Below, one piece after another: positions 58,125 through 64,000 of a stretch of 64,000 bases of DNA. Numbering within the stretch: position 1 is the first letter of the stretch; the number at the start of each line of letters is the position of its first letter. The notes beneath the pieces were generated by a model. The model had not been told where the DNA came from and ran no database searches. It was given only the letters and a program-made list of their open reading frames with translations. This stretch comes from Acidobacteriota bacterium (lineage in GTDB: Bacteria > Acidobacteriota > UBA6911 > RPQK01 > DATIPO01): positions 15,426-79,425 of the forward strand of contig DATIPO010000203.1 of the NCBI GenBank assembly GCA_035471925.1. Reading direction: 5' to 3'. The position numbers were made by a program, and so were the translations under genes.

Positions 58125-58157
58125 AAAAAGGGCCTCCTCCCCTCGAGGCCCTTTTTC
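58125..58157. terminator. bidirectional intrinsic-terminator-like hairpin (AAAAA-GGGCCTC-loop-GAGGCCC-TTTTT) in the 5' region of the ABC operon
   Basis: 7-bp GC stem flanked by an A5 and a T5 run. It sits between divergent gene starts, which argues for a leader or attenuator or a small RNA rather than a gene-end terminator. Confidence 0.4.
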
Positions 58158-58247
58158 ATTGGTCCTGAGAAACCGCCGGTCCAGAACAGTGCTGGTCCTG
58201 AAAAGCCGCCCTCCCGGTCGCTCGGCCTCTATAATGGCCTGGAAAAC

Positions 58248-59273
58248 ATGGCTGCCAACCTCGATACCCACTCAGATCTGGATACCGTTCCGGTGGTCTC
58301 CCGGGAGTCTCGTCCCCTTCTCGGGACCCACCACCTCAGCAAAAGCTTCGGCAAAGTTCGGGCTGTGGACGACCTCTCCATTTCGGTTCCTCCGGGCAAG
58401 ATCTACGGCTTTCTGGGACGCAACGGAGCCGGGAAGACCACCACTCTGCGCATGCTGATGGGAATCATCAGGCCCGACCAAGGCCAGATCGAATTGGACG
58501 CCCAGCGCTTCCAGCGCATCGGCAACGCTCAGAAGCGCTCCATCGGATACGTGTCGCAGGAGCAGTATTTCTATCCCTGGATGACCTGCGCCGCCATCGG
58601 CAAGTTCGTGTCGGGCTTTTATCCCACCTGGGACGAGGCCGAATACGGGCGACTGACAGGACTGCTGGAGCTGCCCCCTGAACGCAAGATCTCGGCTCTC
58701 TCCGGCGGCATGAAAGTCAAGCTGGCGCTGGCCTTGGCCCTGGCCCACCGTCCGCGGCTGCTGGTGCTGGACGAACCCACGTCAGGACTCGATCCTTACG
58801 CCCGCCGCGAGTTTCTCGACATGATCGCCGGCCAGGCCCGCAAGTACGGACGCACTACCCTCTTTTCGTCGCACATCATCGAGGAGGTGGAACGGGTGGC
58901 CGACTTGGTGGGCATCATTCACGACGGACGGCTACTTTACGAGGGCGATCTGCCGACCCTCAAGCGCTCCGTGCGCCGCCTGGTTCAGCCGCCGCCGCAA
59001 TCCGAACAGCCTTGGGACGACACTTCGGCCGACACCATGGGAGCCGGCTTGGACGCTCCCGACGCCGCCCCCCAGGAGGAAGAACTGCACCGGCCCATCC
59101 TTGACGATCTGGAAGTGTTACGCGACACCACCCTGCCCAACGGCAGCCGCGAAATGGTGCTCTTCGGCAATCCCCACACTTGGGAGCAGTGGCGCATCCC
59201 GCCTTCGCGCACCGAAGACATGTCCCTGGAGGACATTTTCATCGCTCTGACCGGGAAAAGGCCTGAGCTATGA
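58248..59273 (+). CDS. ABC transporter ATP-binding protein (ABC-2/DrrA-like) with a ~110-aa C-terminal extension
   Basis: Walker A GRNGAGKTT, signature LSGGMKVKLALALAL, Walker B LLVLDEPTSGLD, H-loop. Start at ATG 58248 (MAANLD); the ORF-track start at 58044 adds an unlikely leader. Confidence 0.8.
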   Translation: MAANLDTHSDLDTVPVVSRESRPLLGTHHLSKSFGKVRAVDDLSISVPPGKIYGFLGRNGAGKTTTLRMLMGIIRPDQGQIELDAQRFQRIGNAQKRSIGYVSQEQYFYPWMTCAAIGKFVSGFYPTWDEAEYGRLTGLLELPPERKISALSGGMKVKLALALALAHRPRLLVLDEPTSGLDPYARREFLDMIAGQARKYGRTTLFSSHIIEEVERVADLVGIIHDGRLLYEGDLPTLKRSVRRLVQPPPQSEQPWDDTSADTMGAGLDAPDAAPQEEELHRPILDDLEVLRDTTLPNGSREMVLFGNPHTWEQWRIPPSRTEDMSLEDIFIALTGKRPEL

Positions 59274-61153
59274 AGACATGGCTGATTCTGGTCCGCAAGG
59301 AGGTCCGACAGCACCTCTGGGCCCTGGCGGGACTGCTGCTGATCTGCATGCTGGCCTATCTCAATCTGGTCGCCTATTCCCTGACCGAGGCGGCGCCATC
59401 AGCGCCTCTGCAGGCTCTGCGCGCCTTCCTGATCGTGTACATGCCGCTGACGGCGTTGCTGCTCAGCGGACGCCTGGTGGTGGCCGAGTACAGCGCCGGC
59501 ACCCAGGTCTTTCTGGAGGGGCTGCCTCTGGCCCGGGTCACCATGGTGACGGTCAAATACCTCCTGGGACTGGTGCTGCTTTTCCTGGCCCTGGCGCTGG
59601 CCCTGACCCTGGCCTTCTCCTTCTCATCGGTTCAGCCCGACCTGCGCCAGTCGACCATCATCGCCTTGCGCAGCGCCGTCTACCTTTGGACGATTTATTC
59701 GTTTTTCTTCTTGGGCGGGTTTCTGGGACGCTACCGCTTCCCTTTTTACGGGCTGGTGGGACTGGGCTTCCTGCTGCTGACTTACTCCACCGACGTTGAC
59801 CTTTCGCGCTGGGGCCCTTTCGCCTTGGTCGACAATACGCTGGCCTTCGAACGCAGCAACTTGCCCTGGATGGCCCTGCTCTGGAGCGCCGCATTGCTGA
59901 TTGTCCTCACTTCTGCGGCCTATGCCCTGGCCCTGATCCGCGAAGGATCGGTGGCGGCTTTGACGGCCCAGAAGATGTCCTACCGCGAGAAGATCGCCTT
60001 CACCATGGTCTTCATGGCCTTCCTCACCACCTTCACTTACCTGGATGAACGCAAAGATCCCGAGCCCTTTGAGCTGGTCCTCGGCAGCTCGGCTCATGAC
60101 GGATACGCCACGGCCACCGTGCTGACGGCCTATGAGAGCGAGGAGACGGACCATCAGATGGCCCAGGAGTGGAGCCGCGAATTGGCTGCCATGCAGCGTT
60201 TTCTCGATTTGGCCTGGGTTCCCCAGGTCTTCATCGTCGAGCGCACCGACCTCGATCCCGATCTCTTTGAGCAGGGCCAGATCCAGGACGCCTCAGGCGT
60301 CTTGGCGCGGGCTCACATCACCCATCCCGACTTCCGGGCGGGCGCCTTCAAAGCCTGGCTGCTGCGGCGTGTCTTGCTGGACGCTTCACGGCAGCGGCTG
60401 GAGGAGGAGACCTACGCTTGGGTCCTCGACGGATTCTCTCTCTACTGGCTCGACGAGCGCTCTCAGATCGACCGCGGAATCCTCATGCTGCGCGCCCTGT
60501 GGGCCGTCCCCCAAGAGGACGAACTCGAAGCCGCCTTGTTGGGCCGCTGGCTGTCGGTGCGCGAGCAGTTGGGCCAGGAGGTGGCAGCCGGACTGGCTTA
60601 CTCGGGCTTGGCCGCCTTGCGCCAACGCTGCGGACCGGAAGGCGTCCAAGACTTTCTGCGCCGCGTCCTGGCTACCCCCGTCCCCCGCGACTTGAGGGCC
60701 CTGTGGACGGCTCCCGCCGCCCGTCCGGTTCGGGCCCTGCAAGAGGCCTGCGGACTTTCGCTCGAGGAACTGGTGCAAGACTGGAAGGCCCTGCTGGCCG
60801 AGAACCGCCGCCAGTCAGGACTCCTCGTGGAGTCCCTGCCCCGCCTTGAGATGGACCTTGAAGTGGAAGCTTTCTCGTCCCTCTCGCGCGGCCTCCGCCA
60901 CCGCATCACGGTCACGCCCCGGCCAGCCCAGGCGCTGCTGCTGGAGGTCCGCTACGGGCGCCTTCAAGGGCTGGAAGTCCGCAAAGAGCCTCAAAAGCTG
61001 CATCTGCAAGTCGTACGCTATCCCGACCGGGCCGAGGACGCCCTCCCCGGCACCTACACGCCGGGCGAGCGCGTCTATGCGGCGGCTCAGCTCTATGTCC
61101 CCCTGCTCAGATGCAATGTGGTGTCGGGCTGGCGCGCCTGGGAGGTGGACTGA
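59270..61153 (+). CDS. ABC-2-type permease (6 TM) fused to a large C-terminal extracytoplasmic M1/gluzincin-like domain whose HEXXH motif is degenerate
   Basis: ATGA overlap with the ATPase. The N-terminal ~260 aa is hydrophobic, ABC-2-like. The C-terminal ~360 aa is homologous to the next gene, but the motif position reads YAWVLDGFSLYWLDE in place of HETAHVLID...EGLASYLE. Confidence 0.6.
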   Translation: MKTWLILVRKEVRQHLWALAGLLLICMLAYLNLVAYSLTEAAPSAPLQALRAFLIVYMPLTALLLSGRLVVAEYSAGTQVFLEGLPLARVTMVTVKYLLGLVLLFLALALALTLAFSFSSVQPDLRQSTIIALRSAVYLWTIYSFFFLGGFLGRYRFPFYGLVGLGFLLLTYSTDVDLSRWGPFALVDNTLAFERSNLPWMALLWSAALLIVLTSAAYALALIREGSVAALTAQKMSYREKIAFTMVFMAFLTTFTYLDERKDPEPFELVLGSSAHDGYATATVLTAYESEETDHQMAQEWSRELAAMQRFLDLAWVPQVFIVERTDLDPDLFEQGQIQDASGVLARAHITHPDFRAGAFKAWLLRRVLLDASRQRLEEETYAWVLDGFSLYWLDERSQIDRGILMLRALWAVPQEDELEAALLGRWLSVREQLGQEVAAGLAYSGLAALRQRCGPEGVQDFLRRVLATPVPRDLRALWTAPAARPVRALQEACGLSLEELVQDWKALLAENRRQSGLLVESLPRLEMDLEVEAFSSLSRGLRHRITVTPRPAQALLLEVRYGRLQGLEVRKEPQKLHLQVVRYPDRAEDALPGTYTPGERVYAAAQLYVPLLRCNVVSGWRAWEVD

Positions 61154-63081
61154 TGGCGTCCCCCTTCAGAGTTCTGGTCGGCAAAGAACTGCTGGCCTTC
61201 CGGCCGTTCCTGGCCTTTTCGGTCTTTCTGGCAGTGCTGGACTCGGTGCTGGTGCTGCTGACCGAGTATCCGACTCGAGTCAGGCTCGACTTTCTGACCA
61301 CCCAGCACTCCGACTCGGCGGCCGTCCTCTTCTTCATCTTTGCGGCGCTGGCGCTGGCGCTGACCTCGGGCATCCTGCTGCGCGAATACGACGAGAGGAC
61401 GCTGGAATTCCTCGACGGCCTGCCCGTTTCCCGCAGCCAGCTTTTCGCCGCCAAGGTCCTGGCCGCGCTGGGAACGGTCATGGCCTACCCTCTGCTCGCC
61501 TCGCTGGAGGGCTTGGTCATGCATGCCTTCGCCCGCGACTCTCTCCATCAGGCCTGGCATCTTGGCCTGCTGGCTCAGTCGCTCTGGCTCGACGGTGTCT
61601 TGATTCTCTTTTTGATCGGTGTGGGAACGCTTCTCTCCCTGCTCAGGCGCTTTTCCTGGATGGCGGCGCTGTTGATGATCTTCTCCTTTCGTCTGGCCGC
61701 CGGGTGGTTTCCCGCCCTGGAAGGCTACAGCCCGCTCGTCCTCATCGCGCCTCCCATACGCGGCGGACTCTACGTCGTTCCCTGGAAAGCCGTCTTGGCG
61801 CTGGGCTCGATCGGCCTGCTTTCGCTGCTCCTGGCCTGGGTCCAGTTCGCACGGGGAAGCGACTGGCTGCTCATTGCCTGGGGACGCTTTCAGCGCTCCA
61901 CGCCCGGAAAGATACTGCTGGTCTTGGCCCTGTTCCCGGTCCTCGGCGTGTGCATTTTCCTGTTGGCCTCCTTTGCGCTCGAAGACCCGCCGCCCGCGGG
62001 CGTCCAAGTCGACTCCGACTTGGGCAGCGCCGAAGTCCGATTTCCAGACTGGAAGACGGCTGAGCTTCGGACCCAACTCTATGAGTTCGTCTATCCTTCC
62101 AACCTCCGCTCCCGGGTGCTGGAGCTGGCGCCTGTGGCCGACGCTGCGGGGCGCAAAGTCTTCGACTTCTTCCAAACCGAGCCCGGAGAGCCTATCGCCG
62201 TCGACGCCACCGCCAACGATGCCACCCACTATGCCGGGTTGGCCGAATGGCAGAGCATCACCTTGGCCTTGGCCCATCAGCCCGACCTGAAAGAACTGGA
62301 AGGCACCCTGGTCCATGAGACGGCCCACGTGCTCATCGACGAGCTTTCCAACCGCCGTTTGAGGGATCATTTCAATACCGTTCGGGTCTTTCACGAGGGG
62401 CTGGCCTCCTACCTGGAGCATGACTTCGTCCTGACCGAGAAGCGAGCCCAACTGCGGTTTCCAGCAATAGTGCTGCGCGACCGGCGACTCTTCGACTTCG
62501 AGTTGATGGCCGACAGCACGCGCTTGGAAGCCGAGCTGGGCATCGAGGTGATTTATTCGCTGGGCGAACGCCTGGCCGCCACCCTGGTAAAGGGCATGGG
62601 TCAGGACGGCATCGTCTGCCTGCTGCGAAATCCCGACTTGGCCGCAGGGCTGCGCCATCTGCAGGGCGTCCCCTTCTGGCAGGCCTGGATTCAGTCCTGC
62701 GGCCATGACCTGGAGAGCCTGCTGGGAGACTTCTATCTAGCCCTCGATCAGGACGCCCGCCGCCTGCGCGGGCAGATCGACGCCCTGCCGCGTCCGCGGG
62801 GACGCATCGAAGTCGAGGAAGGCAACATTCTGGTCTACGTGTTGGCCCCCGGGCTGCCCAAGCCCTGGGAACCCGTGTGCCGCTTCAAGTCCGACCCCCA
62901 GGCGAGTGTCGACGACGTCCACGTCTCCTACGCCTATCTTGAGGAGCCTTGCAGGGCCGAAGCCCAGTCGATCGCCCCTAACGGCACCTTCTACCTGCAA
63001 ATCGGCATCACCAACTTCGACGCCGGCTACACCCTCTACGAACCCTGGTTCCCCGCCACTACCACCCCCGCCGCCCAGTGA
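61153..63081 (+). CDS. ABC-2-type permease (6 TM) fused to a C-terminal M1/gluzincin-like zinc-metallopeptidase domain (HEXXH...E intact)
   Basis: TGATG overlap with the previous gene. LVHETAHVLIDE...(23 aa)...EGLASYLE is the gluzincin HEXXH plus downstream-Glu arrangement. Paralog of the upstream gene. Confidence 0.6.
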   Translation: MASPFRVLVGKELLAFRPFLAFSVFLAVLDSVLVLLTEYPTRVRLDFLTTQHSDSAAVLFFIFAALALALTSGILLREYDERTLEFLDGLPVSRSQLFAAKVLAALGTVMAYPLLASLEGLVMHAFARDSLHQAWHLGLLAQSLWLDGVLILFLIGVGTLLSLLRRFSWMAALLMIFSFRLAAGWFPALEGYSPLVLIAPPIRGGLYVVPWKAVLALGSIGLLSLLLAWVQFARGSDWLLIAWGRFQRSTPGKILLVLALFPVLGVCIFLLASFALEDPPPAGVQVDSDLGSAEVRFPDWKTAELRTQLYEFVYPSNLRSRVLELAPVADAAGRKVFDFFQTEPGEPIAVDATANDATHYAGLAEWQSITLALAHQPDLKELEGTLVHETAHVLIDELSNRRLRDHFNTVRVFHEGLASYLEHDFVLTEKRAQLRFPAIVLRDRRLFDFELMADSTRLEAELGIEVIYSLGERLAATLVKGMGQDGIVCLLRNPDLAAGLRHLQGVPFWQAWIQSCGHDLESLLGDFYLALDQDARRLRGQIDALPRPRGRIEVEEGNILVYVLAPGLPKPWEPVCRFKSDPQASVDDVHVSYAYLEEPCRAEAQSIAPNGTFYLQIGITNFDAGYTLYEPWFPATTTPAAQ

Positions 63082-63325
63082 CCCTGGCGTCCTCGTGCGG
63101 GGACGCACCCTGTGTGGAACGTCATGGCCGATCCAGCCAACGCCTCGACGACCCGCAGCGAAGGGACGCTGACCGCCGCAGCCGGATAGTCCCATCGCAG
63201 AGCGAACTCGGCCTCGGCCACTCGTTGAAGTTTGCGGCTTAGGCCCGGGCCAGGTTGCGGTAGAGGATGACGCCGATGTCGGGGCGGAGAGGATGCGCCT
63301 TAGGGGTGCTTTGCAACTCAAGTCT

Positions 63326-63500
63326 GGGCTCCCTGAATGGGAGCCATAGGCCAGCCCAGTGTAGAGCGAAAGCGCGCAGCGGTTGAGCGGCACCCTGGGT
63401 AAGAAACCAACAAGAAAGGAACTCTGAAAAGGGTGCAATAGCGGACCCTCGAGGGTGCCGTGTTGCGGACTTCGCGACAGCCTCCTCAAGCGGTTGCGTT
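63326..63500. repeat. Intergenic structured repeat, copy C (hairpin with compensatory changes plus conserved tail)
   Basis: GGGCTCCCTGAATGGGAGCCATAGGCCAGCCCAGTGTAGAGCGAAAGCGCGCAGCGG...GGCACCCTGGGT, then a ~100-nt tail homologous to 2780-2880. Confidence 0.55.
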
Positions 63501-63583
63501 GGTCCGAAGCGCCTCCCCCGGCACTTTCCAGAAGGGTGAAGAGAAAACCCGGTATCAGACCCTATCGCTACACTTGGACCGTA

Positions 63584-64000
63584 ATGATCGTCGCCGTTGG
63601 CAGCACTCGTCCTCCCAAAGTCGAAGCCGTGCGGGAAGCATTCCGGCGCATCCGTGAATGCAGCGGCTGGCCTGCGGACGAGCCCGAGGTGCTGGCCCGC
63701 GACGTGCCCCATTCGGCCCCGTCGATGCCGGTTACTGTCGATGAGTTGGTCGGCGGCGCCTTCCTGCGCGTCCGCGCCCTGCGCCGCGATCTGGCCCGGC
63801 GCAGAGAACACGCCGACCTGTGGATCGGCCTGGAAGGCGGCCTGAACGTTTTGGACGCACCGGCGGCCAAGACATACACCGCCAAGGGAGCCGCGTCCGA
63901 AGAGGAGACCGCATCGGTTGGCGCAGGACCGGCCACGACTGGAGCCGCTGCCTTGAGGATGACCAGCGGGGCAGCTCCGCAAAAAGCAAGGTCCGCAGAA
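63584..64000 (+). CDS. partial (3'-truncated by the window end) inosine/xanthosine triphosphatase-like protein (DUF84/YjjX family, Maf/Ham1 superfamily)
   Basis: ATG 63584 with an open frame to the window end. MIVAVGSTRPPKVEAVREAF...ADLWIGLEGGL resembles the YjjX N-terminus. The frame is not in the supplied ORF track because it has no stop within the window. Confidence 0.45.
   Translation, partial: MIVAVGSTRPPKVEAVREAFRRIRECSGWPADEPEVLARDVPHSAPSMPVTVDELVGGAFLRVRALRRDLARRREHADLWIGLEGGLNVLDAPAAKTYTAKGAASEEETASVGAGPATTGAAALRMTSGAAPQKARSAE

Noticed and set aside
58044-59273. Longer N-terminus of the ABC ATPase
   Set aside because: An extension of 68 codons without homology that would run through the terminator-like hairpin. 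ATG 58248 places the Walker A motif at the usual distance.
61093-62706. 537-aa ORF on the minus strand
   Set aside because: Antisense to the second permease-peptidase gene, with a Gly/Gln/Arg-rich composition.
1-64000. CRISPR arrays, rRNA and tRNA genes
   Set aside because: No regularly spaced direct repeats, no rRNA-like conserved stretches, and no cloverleaf-compatible segments with a CCA or T-loop GTTCGAAT-like signature noticed in intergenic regions. Absence cannot be proven without tRNAscan or Infernal.

Overview
This is a high-GC (~63%), gene-dense bacterial chromosomal segment with about 55 protein-coding genes and no rRNA, tRNA or CRISPR that I could recognise. The gene content points to an Acidobacteriota-like organism, but that is an inference, not a database hit. 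The pointers are two PadR-linked 'ADOP'-type FtsX/MacB permeases (the Acidobacteria duplicated orphan permease family), many TPR proteins, an ECF sigma/anti-sigma/DUF4097 trio, and ExbB-ExbD-ExbD. Recognisable housekeeping or metabolic blocks are pyrB-pyrC, pta, rnc, a glycosyltransferase operon (GT4-GT2-GT2) and a phenylacetate catabolic cluster, paaA-B-C-D-G-H-(repeat)-J, with no paaE or paaK. There is also a vapBC toxin-antitoxin pair in a lower-GC pocket. The most interesting candidates are: (1) an operon of an ABC ATPase followed by two translationally coupled ABC-2-permease proteins fused to a C-terminal M1/gluzincin-like domain, one with an intact HEXXH...E motif and one degenerate; (2) a minus-strand operon of porin, FMN-binding protein (with the ApbE flavinylation motif GATLT), a His-rich 4-TM membrane protein and ApbE flavin transferase, lying next to a Fe3+-type solute-binding protein and a His/Gln-rich secreted protein, which looks like a possible extracytosolic flavin-based redox module; (3) a four-gene operon of ATP-grasp ligase, two PF00756 esterases and an S51 (cyanophycinase/PepE-like) peptidase; (4) a family of structured intergenic repeats present at three loci, with compensatory base changes in a hairpin; (5) a perfect 23-bp palindrome upstream of tandem ZIP metal transporters; (6) a tri-domain AMP-ligase/ACP/lysophospholipid-acyltransferase fusion; and (7) a small Cys-rich secreted protein. 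Many long ORFs in the six-frame track are antisense 'mirror' ORFs typical of high-GC DNA and were not called.
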